Source: Malacoraja senta (lineage: Eukaryota). Taken from it: a stretch of 64,000 bases of DNA. The stretch spans positions 22,258,001 through 22,322,000 of the forward strand of contig CM075987.1 of the NCBI GenBank assembly GCA_038087875.1, read 5' to 3'. Positions 50,330 to 62,622 of this stretch are shown here, piece by piece. The notes beneath the pieces were generated by a model. It did not search any database and was not told the DNA's origin. It was given only the letters and a program-made list of their open reading frames with translations. A program made the position numbers and the translations under genes. Positions within the stretch are counted from its first letter, which is position 1. The number at the start of each line of letters is the position of its first letter.

Positions 50330-52060
50330 GTGAGAGATAGCAGAACAGATATGTAGACAGACTATCAAAAGATGGCAAAGCAACAAGGTTGTCTTAGTGG
50401 GTGACTTTAACTTCCCCAATAGACATTGGGGGTTGCCCAGTGTCAAAAGCTTAGACGGGGTAGAATTTGTTAGTTGTATTCAAGAGAGTTTCTTGAAACA
50501 GTATGTGGATAATCCAACGATAGTAGGGAACATACTGCATCTTTTGTTGAGAAATGAGCTGGCCAGAGAGCTGGTTTTATATTGGAAAAGCATTTTGGCG
50601 ATAGTGATCACAACTCCATAAGATTATTTTGAATAGGGGGAAGGCTAGACCTAGCCTGAATGTACTAAATTGAAGTGAGCCTACTGAAGTTGAACATTAT
50701 TAGGGAGGAGCTTGGGAGGGTACACTGGGAGCAATTGTTATTGGACAAGTCCACATATGACATTAGGGAATCGAAGTTTAACACCAGCATGTTCCGGTTA
50801 GAGGGAGCATAAGAATGCAAATTAGGGGAACCTTGGATACCCTAAGAGGTTGTAAATTTGATCAAAAAGAAAAAGAAAGTACATTCAAAATTTAAGAGGC
50901 CATAGCCTCGGAATAAAAGGGCGTATCTTTAGAAAGGAGGTGAGGAGGAAATCCTTTAGTCAGAGGGTGGTGAATCTATGGAATTCACAGCCATAGACGG
51001 CTGTGGAGGCCAAGTCAATGGATATTTTTAAGGTGGAGATTGACAGATTCTTGATTCATAAAGGGGTTAGAGGTTATGGGGAGAAGGTAGGAGAATGAGG
51101 TTCAGAGAGAAAGATAGATCAGTCATGACTGAATGGTGGAATAAACTTGATGGGCTGAATGGTCTAATCCTGCTCCTAGAAATTATGAATTTATGAACAT
51201 CAAGATTGCAGAGGTTGCGGGCTGTGAGGAAGGTTGTCAAGGTATATAGCAGGATACAGATCAGCTATAGAAATGGGTGGAGAAATGGCAGATGGAGTTT
51301 AGCGTGAGCAAGTGTGAGGTGTTGCATTTTAGGAGTTCGAATGCAAGGGGAAAATACACGATTAATGGTATGACCTTTAACAGCATGTATGTATAGAGGG
51401 ATCTGGGGATCTAAGTCCATAGCTCCCTGAAAGTAGCAACACAAATATATAAAGTGGTAAAGAAGGCATAGAAATGGGTGGAGCTTGCCTTCATTGGTTG
51501 CGGCATTGATTATAATGGCCAGGAAGCTATGACAGCTTCATAGCACTTTGGTTGGGTTGCATTGGGTGCATTGTGTGCAGTGCTGGTCGCCCCATTACAG
51601 GAAGGATGTGGAGGCTATGGAAAGGCAGCAGAGGAAGTTTACCAGAATGATGTCAAGTTTAGGTGGTATTAGCTATAGCGAGAGGTTGAACAGAATTGGA
51701 TTGTTTTCTCTGGAACACTGAAGATTGTGGGGGAGACGTGATAGAAGTTTATAAAATGATGCGACGTAGAGATAGGGTAGACAGTCAGAACCTTTTTCAC
51801 AGGATGGAAATATCAAATACTAACGGTCACAGCTCTAAGGTGAGAGGGGCAAATTTTAAAGGAGATGTGTGGGGCAGGTTTTTTATACAGAGGATGGGGA
51901 GTGCCGGGAATGTACTGCCGGGGCAGATACAATAGTGGCATTTAAGGGACTTTTAGATGGAGGGTTATGGATTATGTGCAGGTGAATAAGAGTTAGCCGG
52001 CATTGTGTTCAGCGCGGACATTGTGTGCCAAAGGGTCTGTTCCTATGCTGTACTGTTCTA
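50330..52060 (+). mobile_element. Decayed CR1 (endonuclease to 3' end) with a nested CR1 3' end at about 50900-51195
   Basis: ORF 50397-50621 GDFNFP...FVSCIQESFLKQYVDNPT (APE C-terminus); RT C-terminus at 51200-51950; CR1 tail. Confidence 0.85.
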
Positions 52061-54209
52061 TCTTCACGTTATTAGCTTTATGTGGGTGAACAAGTCTACC
52101 CATGCTGTGCCAGTCCCAGATAAAGAAAGAGGGTTTGCATAAGGAGAAGCAGCCAGCTGTAGAAGTCTTTACTAAATTATCATGTTATGGATTCAGGGAA
52201 CACACCTAACTAGGCTGTATCCTATTGGTAAAATGCAAGATTATACATACTTATTATCGGGCCAGTGTAGAACTAGGATCCGTAAAAGTGAGCTCATCTG
52301 GATCAGACACAAATTGGATGAAACAGGAGAGATAAATGCAACAAACTAGTTGATTTTCATTATTTGCATTTTGGGGGGGGGGGGGGGATTTAGGAAATAG
52401 CAATTTGAAAATTTGTGGGGTGGGGGAGACACAAATTGAGGGCATGTTAATAACTGTGGAGGAAGACAATATTTCAGCAACATAATAGACTTACTTGTAT
52501 GTTGCAAATTAATTTCAGTGCAAAAAATGCGATATTCCATTTTGGCAGAAGACTAAGGAACAAATGTATTACATAGATAGGAAGAAACTAAAGGAGGTAG
52601 AAGGGCAAAAGGGAAATGACTAAATGTAGCAATGCAGGTTGCTAAAGCCATAAAATGCAAGCAAAGCATTAAAGAGGCCTTTAACATTGCAAAGGGTTGA
52701 TGTAGAAAAAGATTTGTGGAAAAGTGTAAAACTCTGAGCCATAAATGAAATGGCAATAAATATGTCAGAGAATTCAGGATATTGGTTAAAATAAGGAATT
52801 TGCCATCAAAAAGAGTAATTAAGCCAAAGGCATGGGTGCATTTAAGGGAAACTAAATAATCACATGAGGAAAAGGAACGAAGGCCCTGCAGATCGAGTTA
52901 GACAGCTAGGTAACCTATTCCTGCACTGTAGGATCTGTCAGGTTGCTGGTACACAAGTGAATTTCTAGAATCAGCAAAGTTTTGCAGCATCCCATTAAAT
53001 AATAAATGAGGCCATTAAGGAATTTAAACATGAAGGTGAGAATTTTAATTTGGAAAACGCTGAGCTAATGTAATCAAGAGCAAGTGTGGCAGGTGAACTA
53101 GATTTTGTACGGGATAAGGTACAAGCAGCAGAATTTCACATAAATTTGAGTTTATAATAGGTAAAGAATAGGCAGGCCACGTGTCTAGCAGTGTGTTGAG
53201 GTCTGATTGTAGTAATGGTATGGATGAGGCTTAACTAGGAGGTGTGCTGAGGGTAGATGTTAATGGAGGCAGGGCAAGGTCGTCTTAATGATGCAACTGA
53301 GGGGAGGTTAGAATCTCAGTTGAATTAAATTGTTCTCAAGGTTGCAAATAGTCTGATTCAAGCCTGTGGGGGGTGGGGATGGATTCAGGGTTAAGATACA
53401 GTGTTTGTTTTCCCTGTGTTTAACTGCAATAACCTGAGGTTTGTCAAGGACAGAACATTGGATATCTTTAAAATCTACCACATGGACCAACATTTGGTCT
53501 ATATTTCCTTATGTGCCTTGACATTGGGTTTTGCCTGTCAGTATTCCTATGAAGTACTATACAATGGTATGATATTAAGGACACTATATATGAGAGGAAG
53601 CTGGGTTGTTGCATTGATAAGACAGCTTAGAAGAAAGCTTATTCTATATTTAACTCAGTGCCTGCCTGGAAGTATTTCATGAAAAACAGTGAGAGAAAAG
53701 TTAACTGTACTTAATCCACACAGTTCCTGGCTGGGAGTGTTTTATTGGGCATTGTAAGGATAGCCTTGGTCTTTGATTTTCACAAGCTTTCTTTCCTTTC
53801 TAAGACTCATCTATATAAACTTTCCTACCTACATTCATTGCCAAACTATCAACTCCACACCCATCTTCTTATCGAGTCCACACACAAGATTAGAAGTTGT
53901 TCAGCCAGAGCTGAACACACTTCTCGGCATCTGCATGCAATGGCGTCTGTCTTGTCGCTTCTTGTGCAAAGATTGGTGAAAACAGGGCCGCGACGTGAAC
54001 CCTCTTTCCTTGACCCATGAAGGGAATAGATGGAGTAGCTCGTCAAAATTTTTTCCCTTATAGTAGAGGTATTTAAATCTAAAGGCCATTGGTTTGAGGT
54101 TGAGATAAGAAGTTTAGAGGGGATCTGAGGATGGTCTGGTTTGTATCCAGACGGTGGTTGGAATTTGGAACACAATGAGTGTGTGCTGAAGGTGAATACT
54201 CTCACAACT

Positions 54210-54820
54210 GTGGCTTACAAAATGCAGTCATCCTTGTCATCCTTTACTTCTGAAACATGCACAAATTACAATCAACATCTCAAAGCGCTGGAGAAATATC
54301 ACCAGCACTCTATATGCAAAATCCTACTTGTCCATTGGAAGGCTAGACAAATTAATGCCAGCATCCTGCCCCAGACAAATCTCTCCCACATCAAGGCCCT
54401 AATCAGGATTACCCAGCCTTATGGGGCTGGCCACATCGTCCACATGCCTGGCATCAGATTCCTGAAAACAATTTACTTTGAGCTCCATTATGGGGAGAGA
54501 TTTCAAAGAATACAAAGGAACACTTCAAGGATATTCTCAAAGTCTCTACAAACACATTCACTGATCTCATGGGAATCTCTGGCCTATGACTGTGAGAAGG
54601 AGCGCCTCAAGTCCCTATGAAGGGCAAGGGTGGAGGTCACTTGCAAGTAATGAAGGAATATGCAATCTAAAAACAATAACTCACTTGCACTATCAAGTAC
54701 CACCTGAACCACTTGTAACAAAGTCCACAGATCCTGCATTGAAACCACAGGTTTGAACCTGCAGTCAGGTTAGAACCCACAGAAACGGAATTAAAACAGG
54801 TGATCCTTCACCTCAAAGGA
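54210..54820 (+). mobile_element. RTE-clade LINE remnant (RT C-terminus)
   Basis: ORF 54141-54620: SETCTNYNQHLKALEKYHQHSICKILLVHWK...GAGHIVHMPGIRFLKTIYFEL, matching the RTE pattern ETWT..H...LE.FHQRCLRKIL...WAGHVVRM. Confidence 0.82.
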
Positions 54821-55365
54821 CTGTTTATGGAGAATAGTTTCAATCTTAAAACACAGAAGCAGAACATTTGGCTTAATTGGTCGACGGGAGTATTACTCCC
54901 CTGCGATGAGCCTTCTCCCTCTCCTCTTCCACTCACACTACCGGCATCTCTTACACGCTCTTTCCCTCCCATGTGTTTAGCTTAAAAAGATCGATGCGAA
55001 CCACTGCAACTGTTCCATGAATGGCAAATTCCACATTCAGTAGGTTTGAGAATTTGGCTCTTTTCTCATCCCTCTCCTTCCCACCCAGAATGTAAACTCT
55101 GATTATATGATTTCCTTTTCTATTGCATTGAACAGAGATGATGTCACATGGAAGAACACCCACGTTAGACCACCAGGGTACCAGAGCTTTTTAACTGTTT
55201 ACTTCCATTGCCTCTTCATCCCTCTCCTGAGTGCCAGATTCTCAGGATTTATCCGGAGACTATGTTTTAATTTCAAATCATGTTTTATGTTGAGTTTCCT
55301 GTTTAAACTGATGCCCGTGATTCTATTCCTGTTCCTTCAGCCTGTTACAAGATTAGTGTTCTCAG

Positions 55366-55561
55366 CTAGACACAAAATGCTGGAGGAACTTCTGGAGAGA
55401 CGGAATGGGCTGAGACCCTTCTTCTGAACAGGAGACCTTCTTCTGAAGCAGGGTCTCGACCCATTCATTCTCTGCGGCGATGCTGCCTGTCCCGCTGGGT
55501 TACTCCAGCATTTTGTGTTTATCTTCGGTGTTAACCAGCATCTGCTGGTCCTTCCTACACA
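55366..55561. mobile_element. Inverted PLE-derived element
   Basis: Inverted arms; flanks AGTGTTCTCAG / AGTGTCCTCAG (TSD with one mismatch). Confidence 0.75.
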
Positions 55562-55683
55562 CAGTGTCCTCAGGTGTTCAGTGGGGTTCGGAAGCTTTTC
55601 ACACTGGAGCTATCACTTGGAGCAAAGCTAAATACACAACACTGCAGAATTAATCTTGCTCTCACAGTCATGGGCAGCACAAG

Positions 55684-56045
55684 GACAGCACAGTGGCGCA
55701 GCTGGTAGAGCCACTGCCTCACAGCCCCAGAGACCCGGGTTCAATCCTGACCTCAGGAGCTGCCGGTGTTGAGTTTGCATGTTCTCCCTGTGGCCACATG
55801 GGTTACGTTTCCCCCGGCTGCTCTGGTTTTCTCCCACAGACAAAAAAACGTGCATGTTGAGACTGGTTAATTGGCCTCTGTAAATGACCCTATTGTGTGG
55901 GTGAACGGTGGAATTGGCAGGGGGTACTGACAATGAGGGATAAAATTAGATTAGATGACTCTAGGATTAGAGGAAATGGGTGGTTGATGGTTAGCATGGT
56001 CTAGATGGGACGAAGGGTCTGTTTCCATATTGTATCTCTCTATCT
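55684..56045 (+). mobile_element. HE1/V-SINE-like SINE, full length
   Basis: A-box TGGCGCAGCTGG, B-box GGTTCAATCC, V-domain-like core, CR1-type 3' end. Confidence 0.85.
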
Positions 56046-56274
56046 ATTTCTATCTCACAGCCATTATGGACCTTGGAGTTGAAAGAACCAATCCTAAATA
56101 CAATCATGTGTTACTGATAGCTATTCAGTGACCACTGTTGGATATTTAGAAGGTGTGTGCAGTGTGTGTCCTTGTCCATGTGTGTCTGTGGGCAATTTTG
56201 CTTTCTAATTCTGTGCTGGGATTGTATCAGTAGTTGTGTGTAAGTGTGTAACTGGGTATGAAGATCTGCTGTTC

Positions 56275-56368
56275 GACAAAAAAATCTGGAGTAACTCAGC
56301 GGGTCAGACAGCATCTCTGGAGAAAAGGAATAGGTGACCTTTCGGGTCGAGACCCTTCTTCAGACTGA
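56275..56368 (-). mobile_element. PLE-derived short element
   Basis: Minus strand CTGAAGAAGGGTCTCGACCCGAAAGGTC... Confidence 0.8.
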
Positions 56369-56890
56369 CTTGTTGTGAATTAGAAAGTGCAATGTTCATG
56401 AAGACTGAGGAGGAGTACAAGTATTAACAACGTTACAATCACTGGTGAATTCTCTGTTCCCAATAACAACCCAAATATCTTTATGAGAGGAAAACCACAT
56501 CAGGGTCTACATCCAGTAATTACAGCGTAAGGCACACATGTTCACAAAGGTGGTCTGGTGAATAGATTAGAGATTTCTACCCTTCCTCTCCCCACCATCG
56601 CAGGGAGTGAGAGCTGGAACAGAATAAACCTCAAGCAGACAAAGTGGAGCCAAGAATACTCTGGCTATAAATTGACACTGTTGAATGAGAGAACAAGGGG
56701 AACTTGCATTATGGAAATAACTTTAACTTTTTCTTTCTAACCCTTAACCCCTCCCCAACTTCGTAATTTTCACATAAAGAAAAAACTTGAGTTTAATCTT
56801 CTCCGAAGTCACCAGGCCACTTGCATTTATATGGTATTTTTCACAACCTCTGAATGTAAAAACAGTGCAGAGTTGATGAAATGATGTTGC

Positions 56891-57083
56891 TAGAACACAA
56901 ACGCTGAAGTAACTCGGCGGGTCAGGCAGCATCGCTGGAGAGCATGGAAAGCTGGGTCGGGACCTTCTTCGTCTGAAACGACGCCCATCCATGTCATCCA
57001 GAGATGCTGCCTGGCCTGCTGAGTTACTCCAGCACTTTGTGTCCTACACAAGAATCCAGTATCTGCAGTTCCTTGTGTCTCCA
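56891..57083. mobile_element. Inverted PLE-derived element (older)
   Basis: Imperfect inverted arms; right arm carries the CATCTGCAGTTCCTTGTGTCTCC-type tail. Confidence 0.72.
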
Positions 57084-57960
57084 ACTGAAGTGGTTGCCAT
57101 TGGGATGGAGGAAGTGGGGCAATCAATATGAATGCAGCAAGATCTCACAGACAGCAACATGTCGGAATATTGATAATCCTGACAACTCCAGGTAATCTGT
57201 ATTTGTTGAATGATAAATATTAATCCAGGCCTTCAAAGAGTAGTCTACTGTTCGGTAAAATATTGATGTGGCATCTTATACAACAACCTGAATTGACAAA
57301 GGGCCTTTATTTTACTCCCATCTCCAGCAATTCACACTCAGAGGCAAGAGGGAGACACAAGGAACTGCAGATGCTGGAATCTTACCTGAAACACAAAATG
57401 CTGGAGGAACTCAGTGGTTCAGGCAGCATCTGTGGAAGGAATGGACAGACGAGGTTTAGGGTCGGAAACCTTCAGAAGAGGCAAGAGTGCTACCCACCTA
57501 CCCGCTGCTGATAGGTAGGTTAAAATTATGTTCTCAAATCTCACCAAATTATAAATTAAAGTACCCTCTGAGTTTGAAGAAATTCCTAATTTGGTTTCAT
57601 GTCAGAATGTTCAAACGGACAATTTTGATCAGTTCTGTGTCCGGTTATTGACACTCCTTGCACTCTGATTACATTCTTGCCTGAAGACAAAGAAATCAGG
57701 GGTATGTGTAGGAATTTAGAATTGCCAGAATTTGGAGGGTCAAGGACATGAATCCTTAATATTGTGTGAAAACATGTGGGCCCTCCTTAACCTCATGTCA
57801 TGTGTTTGCTTGTGGGATTCTCTGGGGTCCCCATCTCCCCACATGCCCCACCTCGCACCCATGCTTAAATAACCCTCAAGTGCAAATAAGAACTTTACTT
57901 TCTCAATCCTGCTCCAGTATTCGGTTACTTGCTGTACAGATGTTCCTCATTTCTATTTAT

Positions 57961-58165
57961 CTGCCACAGAAGGCAGTGGAGGCCAAATCACAGGATGTTC
58001 TCAAGAGAGAGTTAGATTTAGCTCTTATGGCTAACAGAATCAAGGGATATGGAGAAAAAGCCAGAACGGGCTACTGATTTTGGAAGATCAACCATGATCA
58101 TATTGAATGGCTCGAAGGGCCGAATGACCTACTCCTGCATCTATTTTCTATGTTTCTATGTTTCC
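57961..58165 (+). mobile_element. CR1 LINE 3' end
   Basis: LPQKAVEAKSQDVLKRELDLAL followed by 3' UTR and (TTTCTATG)n tail. Confidence 0.88.
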
Positions 58166-58839
58166 TATCTGCCTTTGCTTCTTATTCGTACTAACCTTAC
58201 CCAACACAAATCCATCCATCTCATTCTTGAAAGTCCCAATATATCTTCTGCATTCACGGCATTTTTGAGAAAGAGTATTTGTGATTTCTTCTGTTCTCAA
58301 TGTGAAAACCTGCTTGCTGATTTTACTCTACTTCTAATTTTAAGAGGTTATGTCCCCTTGTACTGAGCTCCCACATTAGAGGGAAATTGTTTTTCTTTAT
58401 CTACCCTATCAAATGTCTTAAATCATCGTGAGCAGCTTAATCAGGTCACCCCTGAATCTTCAAAATTCAAGGGTACGCGGTAAGTTTGTCCAGCTAATCC
58501 TGGGAATTGAATTCAATTGGAAGTGTATCTGTGTGGAACACCAAGGTATTGGCATGTTGTTCCCCATGAAGAGCATCAACAACAACAATTCCTAACCCAA
58601 CAGCAATTTATATTTATACAGCAGTTTTAGCAAAGTAAATCATTTAAAGGAGCTGCATTATCAAATAAAATCCTAAACCTGTCCATCGAAGGACGGATGA
58701 TTAAAAGCTTGTTCAATGAGGTAGGTTTCAAGGGGCATCTTAAAGGAAGCAGGAATGTTTAAGTGGGTAATTCCAGGGCTAAGGGCTTGACAACTAAAGG
58801 CACAGCCAACAATGATTGAGCAACTGAAACCAGTTCTGA

Positions 58840-59200
58840 CTCTTGCCTCTGGGTCAAAAGGTTATTGTACTTCAGCCGCTAATCCACATTGACAGCCATG
58901 TGCACTACCAGAGAGCGCTGCACTGTCGAGGGTGAGGTATCTAACTGCACCTGTTTAAATGGACTGCATAGATCCTGTAACTTTATTTGACAGAGGAACA
59001 TTCCCTGGTAATCTGTTGAGTTGCACCTCAATCAACATCAACATTTGCCCATCATCACAGTGGAGTTTGTGGGACTTTGCACTGCACAAATTGGAAGACT
59101 GCTTTTAGTATTACAAAAGTGATACAACTTCAGAAATATTCTGGCTGCGTAGCACTTTGGGTCCATTGAAGATGGCAAAGGTGCTCTGGAAATACAACTC
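58840..59200 (+). mobile_element. Deu-domain SINE remnant, near full length
   Basis: ACTCTTGCCTCTGGGTCAAAAGGTT head; GCGCTGCACTGTCG; TTTGTGGGACTTTGCACTGCACAAATTGG; AGCACTTTGGG...AAAGGTGCT end. Confidence 0.6.
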
Positions 59201-59847
59201 TTTCATTGCTGTCTTTTTGCTAAGCTCAGCGATTTCCAAAATGTTCTGGCACACCTGACGTGCTCTTATCCTTTGAGTCCAGAATTGCTAAATTTATGCA
59301 TGGTAAGAAGGTGGCTTGCCTGATGCCAATTAAGTAGCGGGGGAAAATAAGCCCTTCAAACTGTGCGATATCAGGTTATGACTGTTTGTCCCCAGTTCAA
59401 ACAATGTCCCCTGCAGTGTAAGGGCATCAAACAGTGTCGTCAAAATGCTTCTTTCTACTGCAAGTAGTTGCTTAATAAAATTAAAATGCATCAAACATTG
59501 CACAGTACCAAAGGATAATGAACTCTGCAGTTGCATTTGAAGTGTCAATTTAATATTTATGGAGGATAAAATCTAAAAACTGGCATCAGTGAACTAGTGG
59601 CAGAGTCTAAAATTCGGTTTAAATGATTCCAAGAAGCTCATTTCATCGTCCTTGCAAAGAAAGATGGCTGCGCAGCATACCTCCCAGACATCCACGATAA
59701 GCTGTAGTCAGTCATCAGTGGGTAAACTCTGGCAGCCACTTCATACAGATAAAGATCGCATGAACAGAAAATGCCCTTCAAAGAGTCGAAGCATGGAAAC
59801 AGGGTCTTCATCTCAACTTGTCCATGCTGACCAAGTTGCCCAACTGA

Positions 59848-60014
59848 AGATAGACACAAAATGCTGGAGTAACTCATTGGGACAGGCAGCATCTCTGGAC
59901 GGAAGGGGTGGGTGACGTTTCAGGTCGAGATCCTTCTTCAGACTGACACCTACTTGTCTGAGACCATTTGTGTCTATCTTCGGTGTAAACAAGCATCTGC
60001 AGTTCCTTCCTACT
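59848..60014. mobile_element. Inverted PLE-derived element with 16-bp TSD, inserted in a CR1-type 3' end
   Basis: TSD CAAGTTGCC(C/A)AACTGA at 59832-59847 and 60015-60030; hammerhead core 59914-59941(-). Confidence 0.85.
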
Positions 60015-60269
60015 CAAGTTGCCAAACTGACCTGATTCCACTTGCCTGCACCTGGACCATATCCATCCAAACAGTGTTTGCAGCAGCATCACAGGCACAT
60101 AAGCTCAGACAACAAGCAGAATTTTTTATTTTTACATAAATTATTATTCGAGAGTGAAAAGAGAAAAACTATGGAAAACAAGATATTTGTGCAAAAACAC
60201 AATTAGAAACAAGCTTGTGGTACTGCAAAAGATGGTTCATTGCTGGGATAGGATGAGGTTGGTTCAAGA

Positions 60270-60575
60270 ATATGAAGGTTGCAGGAAAGCAGCTGATCCT
60301 GAACCTTAGTGTGTGCTATTTCACGATTCTGTACCCTCTGCCCGAGCAGCAAGAAGAGGGCTCGGCCTGGATGGTGGGGATACTTGATGATAGAGTGGTG
60401 CCTCATGTAGATGCTTTTGATGGTGGGGATGGCCGTGTGATGGACTCTGCAGCCTTGGGTGTTCCTGTGCATTGGAATTACTTTACCAAGCCATGATGTA
60501 ACCAGTCAGGGTACTGTCTACAGCGCATCTATTGAAGTCCGTTATTCGGTGACGTGCTAAATCTTCTTAAACTCC
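60270..60575 (-). mobile_element. Rex1 RT C-terminus remnant
   Basis: Minus translation IPTIKSIY...IIKYPHHPGRALFLLL. Confidence 0.7.
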
Positions 60576-60703
60576 TCAATTGTGTGCGTTAATGATGAAA
60601 CTCTTCAAGGATGTTCTAAGAGAATCTTTGAATCTCTTTTTCTCTCCTCATGACCGTTACCACTGCATGATCATTTACACTTAGTCAACTCTCCGTATAT
60701 AGT

Positions 60704-60879
60704 GTTAAAGAAGGAACTGCAGATGCTGGAAAATCGAAGGTACACAAAAATGCTGGAGAAACTCAGCGGGTGCAGCAGCATCTATGGAGCGAAGGAGGGT
60801 TTCGGCCCGAAACGTTACCTATTTCCTTCGCTCCATAGATGCTGCTGCACCTGCTGAGTTTCTCCAGCATTTTTGTGTA
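60704..60879. mobile_element. Fold-back PLE-derived element with 14-bp TSD
   Basis: TSD TCTCCGTATATAGT at 60690-60703 and 60880-60893. Confidence 0.88.
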
Positions 60880-62246
60880 TCTCCGTATATAGTAGCTGTT
60901 TTGTCATTCTGTCATGAGACATTCTTGTGACATGTCCTGCCCACCTGATCTATGATTCTTTCAGAAATGTGTAAATGCTGGGGAGGTTTGTCTGGGACTC
61001 AATCTGTGTGTCTGGAATTTTGTCTTCCCACTTAAAGTATTCACTGCAAGCAGGACATGTGGAAGTGGTTAAGCCGTCTGATTATGTAAAATGTAAATAA
61101 AATGGTCGGCATGGACATGGTGGGCCAAAGGGCCTGTTTCTGTGCTGTCTGTCGTGTCCTTGGGAAAATACGTTATTGCCTTACATAGCTGCAGCTCAGA
61201 GAACAGCCCTTAAACGCTTTGCTAAGCACCATATGAGGCAATCCTTTCCACCAACGGAGGCACGAGAGGAACTAGCAAGTTTCAAATGAAATATTTATTT
61301 TCCCAACCAGTGTTTCAATTGGCTGAGAACAAAGCTCGAATCTTCAGATCCGGTCTGGGCTGTCTTCTGAAGTTCAGTCTTTCGTGTTTGGTGGGACTTC
61401 ATATGATTCTCATTGTGCAATTACATTCCTGAGAGTTGTTAGTCAGAAACTTGACTGAGGCTCAGAGACTCTGTTATATCTGCATTATCTTGCCTGCGTC
61501 CCAGGCTGTTTGATCAGACAGCAAAGTGCTTTCTTTGGTCTCTCGATCTCTCCTTTTGTTGTGGTTTCAGAATTCTGAGCCCAAGAGCAATCCTGCATCT
61601 AAATTACGACAAGCTGACAGTCTTTAAGTTGTCTCCAAGATTGTTGTAATTTGGAAAAAGCTTGTAGTGCAGATTCAGCTGTGTTAAACAACTGATATTT
61701 ATTTTTTTCTTTGTTTCTGGTTTTTTAATGCATGGAATCCCACAACAATGAACGAGACCATTTGGACTATAGTACCTGTGGCACTTTTTCAAGTAATCTC
61801 AAGGCACTACCCTTTCAACATACTGTACCTCTGCAATTATTTTCATTCTCATAGATTTATTCAATTCCCCATTGAAAGTTATTATTGAATCCGCTTCCAC
61901 CACCGATGAATTCCAGATCATAATGACTTGCAATGTGAAAAAAAAAATTCAACTCCCCTCTGGTTCTTTAGGCAATTATCTTAAACCTGTGTCCTTTAGT
62001 TATTGACCCCTGTCAGTGGAAACGTGATTTTGTGCGACTTTATTATATCTTCTCTTAATCTTCTGTTTCCCAGTCCCCAAACTGTACCATCACATACAGT
62101 ATTCCACATACACACACACATTCCATGCAGTTTACACATTATATTTTTGTTTTGCTGCATTTTTCTCAATGTCATTCGTAAAGCCGCCAACGATTAGGTA
62201 TTAAGCATTGCCTCCACTCCCCGTACCAACCCACAACGTTGGCACA

Positions 62247-62622
62247 GGGGCTGCACAGTGGCGCAGTGGTAGAGTTGCTGCCTTACAGTGCCAGGGACCC
62301 GGGTTCGATCCTGACCACGGGTGCTGTCTGTATAGAAGTTGTACATTCTCCCTGTGACTCAAATTTCACTGTGCCTTAATTGGTTTATGTGACAATAAAC
62401 TGACCTTGAAAACTTGATCGTGTGGGTTTTCTCCGGGTGCTCCAGTTTCCTCCCGCACTCCAAAGACGTAGATTGATTGGCTTACTTGATTTGTATACTT
62501 GGTATTTAATTGTCCCTAGTGTGTGTGGGATAGTGTTAGTGTACGGGGATCGCTGGTCGGCGTGGACTCGGTGGGCCGAAGGGCTTGTTTCCACGCTGTA
62601 TCTCTACACTAAACTAAACTAA
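62247..62622 (+). mobile_element. HE1/V-SINE-like SINE, full length, with a nested ~58-bp Rex-type tail (62360-62417)
   Basis: A-box TGGCGCAGTGG 62259-62269, B-box GGTTCGATCC 62302-62311, (TAAAC)n tail. Confidence 0.88.

Noticed and set aside
62247-62320. tRNA gene
   Set aside because: The A and B boxes belong to the tRNA-derived head of a SINE and continue into the SINE body and tail; the same holds at 55684.
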